Below, in pieces: positions 47,523 through 56,950 of a stretch of 64,000 nucleotides of DNA. Under the pieces are notes generated by a model, which did not search any database, was not told where the DNA came from, and saw only the letters and a list, made by a program, of their open reading frames with translations. Position 1 is the first letter of the stretch; each line of letters starts with the position of its first letter. This DNA is from Candidatus Pacearchaeota archaeon (GTDB lineage Archaea; Nanobdellota; Nanobdellia; Pacearchaeales; GW2011-AR1): positions 1 through 64,000 of the forward strand of contig JAGVXK010000020.1 in the NCBI GenBank assembly GCA_018303825.1. The letters are read 5' to 3'. The translations under genes were made by a program, and so were the position numbers.

Positions 47523-47593
47523 AATTATACCTATTAATTGGAGTTAAAAAGGTTTATGGTAAAATAAAATATAGTCCAAGCAAAGTAAAATTT

Positions 47594-48367
47594 TTACTTT
47601 ATTAAGATGATGCTATTAGATCTCTTTGAACCCTCTTCTCTTGGGCTAAAAGATTCATCTAAAAGCTTCAAATGCTGGATTGATTTCCATTCTTTTCCTA
47701 AAAGTCTTGCTGCCTGTTTATCCATTTCAAGAGGCTGACCCGCTAGCAAAGAACCTTTTGCTGATGCGTCTATAATAGCAAGGTCAGGCATCTTTGCCTT
47801 TAATATATCATGAATTGCATATTTTATTGGTTCCTTTCTTATCTTTTTCTTTTTTGAGGAAAATACTCCCTTATAGAATGAAGAAGGGAATGCGCCAATC
47901 ATAGAAGATAAGGAGCCTATCATCTCCAACTCTGCATCTTCATTCAAAAATGGAAGAGAGATGACAAATGAGTCCATCAGAATTTCAGGATACATTATTC
48001 TATTAAATTTTAGAAATCCTCCATCCCGTATTTCTTTTGTTTCGGCGTCATTTAAATCAATTAATCCTATTGAATACTTTTCAGACAGACCCTTGTATCC
48101 TAACTCATCGAACAAATCCATTGTTGATGCGCCATCTGCCCCCTCTGCTATGAATATTTGCGCTTCAGGATTTTTATGCTTCAAACAATACTGCAAAACA
48201 GACTCAACAAACTCTCCTTTGGTTGATTTTGCCAAATCTGAGGACAAATAAGGCTTCAACACTATCTTATTATGCTTCTTTAACTCTTCATTCAGCTTAA
48301 TCAAGGAAAGTAACTTAGGAACGGTGTCCTGATAACTTTTTAATTTAACAGATATCCCTTTTGCCAT
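47594..48367 (-). CDS. DUF362-domain protein
   Basis: IVLKPYL, IFIAEG, IDLN, PDLAIIDA. Confidence 0.75.
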   Translation of the reverse strand: MAKGISVKLKSYQDTVPKLLSLIKLNEELKKHNKIVLKPYLSSDLAKSTKGEFVESVLQYCLKHKNPEAQIFIAEGADGASTMDLFDELGYKGLSEKYSIGLIDLNDAETKEIRDGGFLKFNRIMYPEILMDSFVISLPFLNEDAELEMIGSLSSMIGAFPSSFYKGVFSSKKKKIRKEPIKYAIHDILKAKMPDLAIIDASAKGSLLAGQPLEMDKQAARLLGKEWKSIQHLKLLDESFSPREEGSKRSNSIILIK

Positions 48368-48401
48368 CTTTCTTTTTGATTTTTCCCGCTTTTAAATATT
48401 A

Positions 48402-49053
48402 TTATGCTTCATCATAATGGCTATTTATCATCGTGTTTTTCAGATAAGAATACATATTTTCTATTATTTGGAAGTTGACTTTAATTTTTTTATCTCTTCA
48501 AGCGCTTCTTTCCATCCAGTTACCCTAATTAAGTTAACATGATTGATTTTTTGATTCCATGGTTGATCAAATAAAATGACTTTTATTTCATTTTCTGCGC
48601 ATTTAAGAGCAGTATCTGGAGCATCTTCAAGCAATACTGGAATTTTTAGTTCCTTGCATATCTCTGCTTTTGTTGCACTTTGCCCTTTATGAAAATCTCC
48701 AGCACTGATTATTTTTATTGTTCTTCTGATATGATGTTTTACCCGATTTTCTGCTCTATTTTTAAATCTGCTCGGTCTGGAAGTTATAATAAAAAGTTCG
48801 TTATTGGAAGAAAGATTTGTTATCGCCTCTTCTGCGCCTTCAATTGGTTTAACGTCTTCAAGATTATGTGTTTCATGTGAAATTCATCAACATTTTTTAT
48901 GGCTTCCTCTCTGGTTTCTCCTAAGAGGGGCCACCATTTCCATTCTGGAAAATCCTCTTTTTTATACAGCTTTCCGGTTTTTTTATGATAAAAAATAAGA
49001 AGTGCAGTCATAAAGTCAGCAATTACTTCATCCAGATCCAAAGCAATTTTCAT
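48402..49053 (-). pseudogene. HAD-family 5'(3')-deoxyribonucleotidase, frameshifted
   Basis: ALDLDEVIAD in one frame; IITSRP, LEDAP and FDQPWN in another; extra CA at ~48876-48879. Confidence 0.75.
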
Positions 49054-49667
49054 TTTAACTTTCCAGAATCCTCTCTTCTGTCCAATTCATTATTGACAAC
49101 AGCAATTGTTTGAGAGGCAAAATAGGTTCTTTTTCCTATAGTAACTGCCTTACATAGGGCTTTTAATCTTTTTAGCTCTTTTATTGGGAGACCTCTGTGG
49201 TCTCCGAGAACAAATATAGGATTTTCTTTTATTTCGCAAGTCCTGATATCTTCTCCATTGGGGTCAAGAACATAGATATTTCTCCCCTCTTTATGCAAAT
49301 CATTCACAACTTCAAGGAAATTCTTCTTTTGAATCCAAAATCCCGGAAAAACCTCTCTTCTTTCTCCTTCTCTATATTTGTAAAGCATCTTTTTTAAAAC
49401 TGCAGAAATATTTGTTTTTGACAGATAAATTTTATCAACTCCTGTTTCTCCTTCAGTAACTGGTTTTATTTCCAAATGTCTTGGGGGTGTTGGAGGTCCG
49501 GCAAAGCATAAATGCAATTTTGCATCTGTTCTTATCTTATGTGACAAAAAGAAAGCAGCAATAACAGTATGTATTGCTATGTCTATTCTTCCAGATTCCT
49601 GCAAATTCTCTCCAATGTAACTTCCTGAAGTTGGCGCTGTCCTTGAATAATAAATAAATTCCCTCAT
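49050..49667 (-). CDS. trmY: tRNA (pseudouridine54-N1)-methyltransferase, SPOUT
   Basis: GRIDIA..AAFFLSH.IR, FVLGDHRGL, YFASQTI. Confidence 0.88.
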   Translation of the reverse strand: MREFIYYSRTAPTSGSYIGENLQESGRIDIAIHTVIAAFFLSHKIRTDAKLHLCFAGPPTPPRHLEIKPVTEGETGVDKIYLSKTNISAVLKKMLYKYREGERREVFPGFWIQKKNFLEVVNDLHKEGRNIYVLDPNGEDIRTCEIKENPIFVLGDHRGLPIKELKRLKALCKAVTIGKRTYFASQTIAVVNNELDRREDSGKLK

Positions 49668-49707
49668 AGAATATTCTTGAATTTATAGGTTAAAAGGCTT
49701 TGGATTT

Positions 49708-50292
49708 TTACCTCTGCAACTTTTTCTTTATCACAGATTCTACAACATAAAGAGCAACGATTACACTTATAGCCAAAAGAGCTATTTTGTGCAAGTCCTC
49801 GAATATATTTATAGCTGTAAAGAATGTATTTCCTATAAACCAGCCAAGAGAGAGCATTATGGCAGACCATATTAAAATAGCCAAAGCATCAAGCAACAAA
49901 AACATCCAGAATGACTTTTTTCTTCTTGAAACTCTAAGAACACTTATAATTCTCAATCCATAAAGAAATTTAGTAAACAACAGATAGAGAAAATCGTTTT
50001 CATGGCTGAATTTTTTTATTATATTTGTTGCATGCTTATACAATGCATATCTTTTTGATTTATTTTTTAATCTTTCAAATGTCTTTGTCCTTGCTATAAA
50101 GAACCAGAATATATCGGAGATTAAGATACCTAAAAATCCAATAACTGCCACTGCCCATATGCTCAACAAGCCATGCCCTGAAAGAATAGAGAAGAATATA
50201 AGCAGCTCTTCTCCGCCAAGCAAAGCAGCCAAAGAAACTATCCAATATGAGTATTGGACTAGAAGCAAAATAATCACCCCTAAAGTATTCAT
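49708..50292 (-). CDS. DedA/VTT-family membrane protein
   Basis: LISDIFWFFIAR, FTKFLYGLR. Confidence 0.8.
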   Translation of the reverse strand: MNTLGVIILLLVQYSYWIVSLAALLGGEELLIFFSILSGHGLLSIWAVAVIGFLGILISDIFWFFIARTKTFERLKNKSKRYALYKHATNIIKKFSHENDFLYLLFTKFLYGLRIISVLRVSRRKKSFWMFLLLDALAILIWSAIMLSLGWFIGNTFFTAINIFEDLHKIALLAISVIVALYVVESVIKKKLQR

Positions 50293-50341
50293 TTCCTATA
50301 AAGGAGATTGGAGTTTATAAGGCTTATTTAATTTTTAATGT

Positions 50342-51205
50342 TTAATTGAAAACGAACTCTGCTCTTGCGATTATATCTCCTTCGTCTGCTTTGTGATAGA
50401 CTCCAATAAAGATGTCTTTATTGAATATACAAAATCTATCAGTTATCTTATTATCCAATTCAATGTCTTTTTTGAATATTGGCTTTCCAGTCAATAATTC
50501 ATGGATGAGCTTTTTGCCAGATATCTGAACTATAGGAAGAAGAGTTGAGATAATTTCTGCAGGAATTACTATGTCTCTTAATGGCTTATCCTTTCCCTTA
50601 TTATATTCTTCAACAGCCTTATCAAAATCATAGAGGCTTACTATTTTATCTTCTCTGAATAACCCTGCTTTGATCCTTCTTAATTCCAGCATGTGGGCTC
50701 CATTGATTCCCTGTTCTTTTCCCATATCATCTATTAATTTTCTTATGTATGTTCCAGCTTGGACTTCTGTTGAAAACAAGACATCTTTTCCAGACCTTTC
50801 CAAAATATCAAATGAAATGATTTCTCTTTCCCTTATTTGTCTTTTAACACTGCTTCTTACTGGAGGAAGCTGTTTTATTTTTCCTATAAACTTAGATATT
50901 GCATCTTTTATCTCTTTATCAAATACATTTTCTTTATGAAGACGCATAATCCCAACGTATGTTTTATTTTTATGCATAAAATAATCGCTTAACCTACAGG
51001 CTCTCCCCAATAGGATAGGAAGAACCCCTGTAACCATTGGGTCAAGTGTTCCCATGTGGGATGTTTTATTCAGTTTCAACTGCTTTGCAATATAATTTGT
51101 AACTGAAAATGATGTTGGGCCTGTCGGCTTGTCTATATTAATCACTCCAAATTTGATAAGTTCTTCGATTGGCTTTTCTTTTCTTATTTGCTCTATGTTT
51201 ATCAT
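50342..51205 (-). CDS. cbf5: Pseudouridine synthase Cbf5/TruB
   Basis: IDKPTGPTS, HMGTLDP, QLPPVRS, AGTYIRKL. Confidence 0.92.
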   Translation of the reverse strand: MINIEQIRKEKPIEELIKFGVINIDKPTGPTSFSVTNYIAKQLKLNKTSHMGTLDPMVTGVLPILLGRACRLSDYFMHKNKTYVGIMRLHKENVFDKEIKDAISKFIGKIKQLPPVRSSVKRQIREREIISFDILERSGKDVLFSTEVQAGTYIRKLIDDMGKEQGINGAHMLELRRIKAGLFREDKIVSLYDFDKAVEEYNKGKDKPLRDIVIPAEIISTLLPIVQISGKKLIHELLTGKPIFKKDIELDNKITDRFCIFNKDIFIGVYHKADEGDIIARAEFVFN

Positions 51206-52155
51206 AATATGCTCCTTACTTCTTCTTCGCTTAATTTTACAGAATATCTTTCCTTGTTTAGCGCAAAAATAAACTTGCCTTTCTTGTCCGCCTTCATAAT
51301 CTCTATTATCTTATTTTTGTCCAGGTTTTCTGGAATAGATGTTGGAAGTCCAACTGATTTTAATCTGTTAATTATTATTTCAGAATCTTTTTTGTTCGTA
51401 ATGCCTCGTTTGACTGCTAACTCTAACTCTTTTGCCATGCCTATCGAGATGGCTTCCCCGTGATTTAATCCTGACAAGAGTTCGATTGCATGTCCGATTG
51501 TATGCCCGAAGTTGAGAACATGCCGGTATCCTGAATCAAAGGGATCTTTCTCTACTACTTCAGCCTTGCTTTTACAGCAGTCAAAGATTACTTTATCTAA
51601 TTCTTTACTATCTATTTTTAGAGATATCTTTTTTATATCCGGCTTGCCGAAAAGATAGCTGTACTTTATTACTTCAGATAAGCCGTTTTGCCATTCTTTT
51701 TCTTGAAGAGTCTCCAAAAATAAAGGATCAATTATAACTTCAAATGGCTGGTAAATAGTTCCAATGTAGTTCTTTTTTTCTCCGAGATTGACTCCATTCT
51801 TTCCACCGATACTGCTGTCTACCATTGCAAGCAATGTGGTTGGAATGTGAATCAATTTAACTCCTCTTTTGTATGTAGATGCAACAAATCCTGCAATGTC
51901 ACCTACTACTCCCCCTCCGAAGGCAATAATTGTGTCATTATCTCTAATCTTTTCCAGGATTTCTTTGTAGACATCAATATCCTTGCTTTGCTCCCCTGAT
52001 TTTATACAGAAAAAATCATCTTTAATCAATGATTTATATATTTCATATACATTTGAATCTGTTATTATGAAGCCCCTTGGAAGCCCATTTTCCTTAATTA
52101 GGCCTTTTTCGATTTTAATTGTGTAAGATGGTTTTGTTTTTACAAATATTTTCAT
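51202..52155 (-). CDS. aroB: 3-dehydroquinate synthase
   Basis: GGGVVGD, PTTLLAMVDSSIGGKNG, LNFGHTIGHAIE. Confidence 0.92.
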   Translation of the reverse strand: MKIFVKTKPSYTIKIEKGLIKENGLPRGFIITDSNVYEIYKSLIKDDFFCIKSGEQSKDIDVYKEILEKIRDNDTIIAFGGGVVGDIAGFVASTYKRGVKLIHIPTTLLAMVDSSIGGKNGVNLGEKKNYIGTIYQPFEVIIDPLFLETLQEKEWQNGLSEVIKYSYLFGKPDIKKISLKIDSKELDKVIFDCCKSKAEVVEKDPFDSGYRHVLNFGHTIGHAIELLSGLNHGEAISIGMAKELELAVKRGITNKKDSEIIINRLKSVGLPTSIPENLDKNKIIEIMKADKKGKFIFALNKERYSVKLSEEEVRSIL

Positions 52156-52163
52156 GATTCTTC

Positions 52164-52865
52164 TTATGAATTGCTGTTTAAATACGTTTTCCTCTGCTTT
52201 TCAGGAAGCTTTTCAATTGAATATCTTAGCATTGTCCGAGGCATTTTTTTATAATATGTATTAAGGAATTTTATTAATTCATTTGTGTTTCTTTTTCCAA
52301 TCTCCCTTAACATCCAACCCACTGCTTTGTAAATTAAATCGTGTTTGTCTTTCAACAAGAGCTCGGCTATTTTCAATGCATCTTCAAAATCATTATTTCT
52401 TATGAATTCAAATGTGGAAAGAACTGCAATTCTTCTTTTCCATATATTTTTTGATTTTAGGAAATAATAAAGAGAAGATTTATCTATTTTAAGGAGGAAT
52501 TTACCTACAATGTTTGGCGCGGATAAGTCAACTAAGTCCCAATTATTGACATGTTTTATGTTTTTCAAATAGAATGCATAAATTTCTTCCCTCATTTCTT
52601 GATGTTTTTGATAATTATAAACTAATAAAAGAAGGGCTATTAACCTTTCTTCGTGAATCTTTGACTTCACTAAATCCTCTATGTCACGAAGGGGGAGATC
52701 CTTGAATTTTTTGACTATTTCTCTCTGCTTTGGAACTGTGATGCCAAGAAAAACATCTCCTTCTCCATATTCTCCCTTGCCTGTTTTAAAGAATCTTAAG
52801 AGAAGTTTGGCTTTTTTTGGATTAGCTGCTTTCCTTATCTCTTTTCTAATTAACTTTAGGGACAT
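52164..52865 (-). CDS. DNA alkylation repair protein, AlkD family
   Basis: FFKTGKGEYGEGD, NNWDLVD, KAVGWMLRE, RTMLRYSIE. Confidence 0.9.
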   Translation of the reverse strand: MSLKLIRKEIRKAANPKKAKLLLRFFKTGKGEYGEGDVFLGITVPKQREIVKKFKDLPLRDIEDLVKSKIHEERLIALLLLVYNYQKHQEMREEIYAFYLKNIKHVNNWDLVDLSAPNIVGKFLLKIDKSSLYYFLKSKNIWKRRIAVLSTFEFIRNNDFEDALKIAELLLKDKHDLIYKAVGWMLREIGKRNTNELIKFLNTYYKKMPRTMLRYSIEKLPEKQRKTYLNSNS

Positions 52866-52893
52866 GAGAATAAAAGAAACTTAGACTATTTAA

Positions 52894-53442
52894 TTATTTT
52901 TTACCTTCTCTTTCTGAGAGTAAATTATGTTCATCAGGATATATTTTGTCCAGCATAACCCTGCAGGCATCGCTTATAGATGAGTAAATTTTGATGTCCG
53001 GACACTCTCTTGCAAAACTTTTTCTTATGTAACTGCTACAGGGAAATCCATTTTCAACTCCGAGAACAAAATTGAATTTATCTCTCTGATATCTAACCAT
53101 CCATTTGCCAAGCATAAACCTTGAAATCTGCGCATAATCGCTGTCATAATTATGCTCATCTTCTTCAGCAAGCCAGAACATTATGCCACCTTTTTTTGCA
53201 GCCCTTTCCAGGTAGAAATCGTCCCATTTCATTTGGTCATCATCCATCTCAGAATGGCTCAAGAGATTGTCCAACTCTGGATGCCTTCTTGGGGAAGCTA
53301 TGTTTGCCTCTCTATTAATACTATGAATTATATCTATGGCTCTATCCTGCCATCTTCCAGTTCCTGCTCTGGGTCCTCCGAGAAATATCAGGGGACCTAT
53401 TATTTTCCTGTAGTTTGGAGCAACTATTACTTTTCCTTTCAT
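52894..53442 (-). CDS. Nucleoside 2-deoxyribosyltransferase-like protein
   Basis: IFLGGP...WQ...ASPRR...IMFWL. Confidence 0.6.
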   Translation of the reverse strand: MKGKVIVAPNYRKIIGPLIFLGGPRAGTGRWQDRAIDIIHSINREANIASPRRHPELDNLLSHSEMDDDQMKWDDFYLERAAKKGGIMFWLAEEDEHNYDSDYAQISRFMLGKWMVRYQRDKFNFVLGVENGFPCSSYIRKSFARECPDIKIYSSISDACRVMLDKIYPDEHNLLSEREGKK

Positions 53443-53628
53443 AAAACTATGCCAAACAAGAGATTTATAATGCTTTCTATGTTGGGTTGTGTTAACTAAA
53501 TTGGTGATAAAATTACAATTATAGACTATAAAGAATAATGTTCGTTGAACATAATGCTATAAATATTAATAAATCTATAATCCTCTTTTAATTTAATGGA
53601 ACGTATTAGTTAAAAACTAAATAAGATA

Positions 53629-53994
53629 TTAAGCCGCTGCAATTTTTTTACTAGGTTCAACAAGTTCCACTCTTATGCCTTCAAGAACTTTCTCCAAGCC
53701 AAGAGTTAAATCAGAACCTAATCCCTGGGCATTTTTTATCATCAAATAATTATTTTCTAAGAATTCGGTATTTCCCCTGAATTCAGGAAGATTTATGTCA
53801 TCAAAATATATTGCTGTTGCAACTGCCTGTTCTGCACGGTTATATATTGTTAATCTGCCTAGCTCACATCCTTTTTTGCCCTTAAACACGGCTCTTAATC
53901 CATTTGATAAAACTAATTCGCTGTAATTCCTTCCGAATTCATTAAAATTTCTTTTGTTTTGCCAGTTCAAGGTTTTTTGTTGGGGATTTGTCAT
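53629..53994 (-). CDS. Hypothetical protein
   Basis: 121-aa ORF downstream of rpl31e. Confidence 0.5.
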   Translation of the reverse strand: MTNPQQKTLNWQNKRNFNEFGRNYSELVLSNGLRAVFKGKKGCELGRLTIYNRAEQAVATAIYFDDINLPEFRGNTEFLENNYLMIKNAQGLGSDLTLGLEKVLEGIRVELVEPSKKIAAA

Positions 53995-54010
53995 TTTAAA
54001 AATGAAAAAT

Positions 54011-54598
54011 TTATTTCTGCAGGGCCATTCTTTGCGGATGACTCTTTTGTTTTTCTAATTTTGCCACATGCTTTTGCTCTTTGGCTTTTGCCTCAAATTC
54101 TTTGCTTCTCTGCTCTGCTGTTGCTGTCTCTTTTTCCTTTTCATCTTTCTTCTGCTCTTCAGTCTTTCCTTCCTGTGCTGCTGGAACTTCCCTCTTTTTT
54201 TCTTTCTTATCTTCCTTTGCCTCTTCCTTCTTTTCAAATCTCTTCAATAATTTCTCATGCTTTGCTTTCAAAAATTTGACATGTGCTGGAAAATCAACTA
54301 ATTCAACTCTTACTATGTTATCCTCTTTTACTGCTCTTACTTTTACTTTTGCTGGAGGATTTGCTCTTCCTCTGAACCAAAGTTCATTGTTTGAATATAC
54401 ATCCAACCTGACATTATTTACATCTCTATCAAGCACTTTCATGTGCTTGGCAATGAACTTCTTTATGGCTTTTATTGCCTTGCCAGTTCTCTCATACATT
54501 GGAGCTTTAAGCCACTCTTTTCTCAATGGAATTATATATTCTCTTTCCAGCTTTTTCGTTTCTGCTTTTGGTGTTTTTGTTTCTGCCATTTTATACAA
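54011..54598 (-). CDS. rpl31e: Ribosomal protein L31e with long charged tail
   Basis: EREYIIPLR, AIKAIKKFIAKHMK, LWFRG..NPP. Confidence 0.92.
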   Translation of the reverse strand: MYKMAETKTPKAETKKLEREYIIPLRKEWLKAPMYERTGKAIKAIKKFIAKHMKVLDRDVNNVRLDVYSNNELWFRGRANPPAKVKVRAVKEDNIVRVELVDFPAHVKFLKAKHEKLLKRFEKKEEAKEDKKEKKREVPAAQEGKTEEQKKDEKEKETATAEQRSKEFEAKAKEQKHVAKLEKQKSHPQRMALQK

Positions 54599-54860
54599 CC
54601 TCTGCTTCTAGCAAATCGATACCTATAATTCTTTTAATCCCTGCTAGGATGCTAGTTAAATCCTTTTCTGGAGCGATTATTTCGACTTTTGGTTTTTCAG
54701 TCTTTTGCAATATTAATCTTGCATTTTCATAGTTAAAAACAGCAGACATTCTATCGTATGAGATAGCAGTAGGATTTAGAACCCTGCCAACTACCCGATA
54801 AAATCTATCATATATTGTCTTGCTCAAGTTTATTGTCGTTACGTTTATTGTGTTTTTCAT
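54591..54860 (-). CDS. Hypothetical protein between rpl39e and rpl31e
   Basis: Abuts or overlaps both neighbours on the same strand. Confidence 0.5.
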   Translation of the reverse strand: MKNTINVTTINLSKTIYDRFYRVVGRVLNPTAISYDRMSAVFNYENARLILQKTEKPKVEIIAPEKDLTSILAGIKRIIGIDLLEAEVV

Positions 54861-54861
54861 T

Positions 54862-55062
54862 TTATCCTAGATGGGTCTTCTTGGCTCTCCTTGGTTTTAT
54901 TCTTAGTTTTGTTCTTCTCCAATGTCTTCTTTTCTTGGTAATCTGAGATGGATGAACTCTTTTTCCCTGGCCGTGCTTTCGCAGAACTGCCCAGAACGGA
55001 GCCCATTTTGTCCTTCTGTTGTGGACGCCAAGCTTTACTTTTTTTTGAAGTGCCTGTTTCAT
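54862..55062 (-). CDS. rpl39e: Ribosomal protein L39e
   Basis: WAPFWAVLR...RRHWRRTKL. Confidence 0.88.
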   Translation of the reverse strand: MKQALQKKVKLGVHNRRTKWAPFWAVLRKHGQGKRVHPSQITKKRRHWRRTKLRIKPRRAKKTHLG

Positions 55063-55478
55063 TTTGCTTCTCCTGCAAGATTTTCAAGAAATTCCTTTCC
55101 TTTAGCTGTTAATTGCCTGCCTGAATGCTTTGCTTTTACTTTTTCTGTTAATCCAGCGGAATCTGCCTGTTGTAATATCTTTCTTATTATTTTTCCTCCA
55201 GCCTTGTAAAAATGCGCTGGTTTTGCTCCTTTTCCTTTTCTGGAGCCATACCTTGTTCTCAATCTTTCTACACCAACTACTTTTTTTACATAAATCTGTC
55301 TTAATATAGAAGCAGCTCTTTTATACCAAAAGTCTGAATCAATATTTGGTCTTTTCTTGCTTGCTCCTGTTTTTACAAAATCAACCCACTCTGGCTTCTT
55401 GAATTCTGGAAGTTTCTTTAAAGCCTCAGCTAGAGAACTATTATACTTACCAGGCTCAATCATTCTTATGTCTGTCAT
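55059..55478 (-). CDS. rps19e: Ribosomal protein S19e
   Basis: PEWVDFVKTG, WYKRAASILR, GGKIIRKILQQ; ATG at 55478 preferred as start. Confidence 0.95.
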   Translation of the reverse strand: MTDIRMIEPGKYNSSLAEALKKLPEFKKPEWVDFVKTGASKKRPNIDSDFWYKRAASILRQIYVKKVVGVERLRTRYGSRKGKGAKPAHFYKAGGKIIRKILQQADSAGLTEKVKAKHSGRQLTAKGKEFLENLAGEAK

Positions 55479-55611
55479 CTTAATGTAGTAGGCCGTGCTT
55501 TGCAACACTAGATCGGCTCAAGGCCGCTAGACCCAACACTCCTTAAGAAATTTGCTTTATAAATCTATGGTTCTGGCGTGTATTTATTGCATCTTCGGGA
55601 CTTAAATCTAT

Positions 55612-56674
55612 TTAAAGAAGATACCTAGAAATAGAAACCTGCTTCAATCTTTCTTTTTTGACTTTTTGAATCTCCTTTAATATTTTCTTCCTAAGATTAA
55701 ATGAATTTGACCATTTAACATATGCTTGCCAACCTTGACAGCTTTCCATTAATTTCCAATAAGAGATCTCGCACTTTTTCAGTTCGTTTATCCTTTTTTG
55801 CATTTTTCTTATATTTCTCTTCCTTACCAATCTGAAACGATAAAAATTTCTGAATCCAACAAAGTCAGTCCCCCTTGAAAGAGGAATTATCCTTGATTTT
55901 TGAGGATGAAGTTCTATCTTCAATCTTTCTCTCAAAAAGGGGTCAATTTGTTCTTTCCATATTTCTAATTGTCTGTCAGATTCATGCAAAATAACAAAAT
56001 CATCAACATAACGAATGTAGTACTTAGCTTTCAAAATGTGTTTAACGTAATAATCTAACTTATTAAGATAAACATTAGCGAAGAATTGAGAAGTTAAATT
56101 GCCCAAAGGCATACCCTTCGGGCGTCCGCCCCCCCCCCGATTGGACTGTATTGCTAAGAATTCGGCGAATCAGCCAAATAACTTTTTCATCAGCTATTTT
56201 TCTTCTAATTATCTTTAAAAGAATTTCATGATCAACCTCTTTAAAATAATGCCTTATATCTGCTTTAAGGCAGAAAGCATTTCTCGTAAGGTTTTTTGTA
56301 ATTTTTCTTGAAAATAAGTTAAATCTGCTCAAAGCAAACAAATTGCCCTTACCAATCTGATTGGCGCATGAATCATAAATAAATTCTCTCTCAAACATGC
56401 GACTTATAACTAAGATGATAGCGTGATGAACAACTCTATCCCTAAAATCTGATTTAGAGATTACTCTTGTTTTCGGGTCTCTCAAAACAAAAGTTGTTAA
56501 TGGCCTTAGTTTATAGGTTTTATTTTTTAATTCATAATGCAAAGCAAGAAGATTTTCTATTAGGTGCTTTTCAAATTCAACAACATCTTTATGCAAGGTT
56601 TTTCCTTTTCTTGCTTTTCTCCAAGCAAGAATCAAGTTTTCCATAGAGTAGATCTTACAAAATAAACTTTCCAT
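55612..56674 (-). pseudogene. DGR reverse transcriptase split by a +1 frameshift at a G10 tract (56129-56138)
   Basis: FRDRVVHHA in frame 1; KGMPLGNLTSQFFAN and RYVDD in frame 2; G9 would give one 353-aa ORF. Confidence 0.9.
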
Positions 56675-56700
56675 ATTATGATAATTCTGGTAGCCAGAAC

Positions 56701-56791
56701 TATTCCAAAGACAGAGCCATTATCATTGTTCAGGTTCCTGTTGTTGCAGTTGAAGTTAGACCTGTTGTTCCTGTCAAGCCTGTTCAACCAG
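56701..56791 (-). repeat. DGR template repeat (TR), 91 nt
   Basis: Reads WLNRLDRNNRSNFNCNNRNLNNDNGSVFGI in the VR frame: 11 AAY codons, 31 adenines. Confidence 0.95.
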
Positions 56792-56950
56792 GCGTTATAG
56801 TCAATTTATCTTCATGTCACCACTGCTTCACGTATGTTGCAGTTGAATTTTATGGCTTAAAATAAACCTAAATATGCGCTAATAAACTAACTTGTAGTTC
56901 TGGTGCTACCAGAACCAATTTGATAAGAAATAAGGATTTTATAAATCTGA

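Noticed and set aside
56700-56820. TR as a protein-coding ORF or hidden avd
   Set aside because: The Asn-rich frame is closed upstream by TAA with no start codon; the other frames stop quickly.
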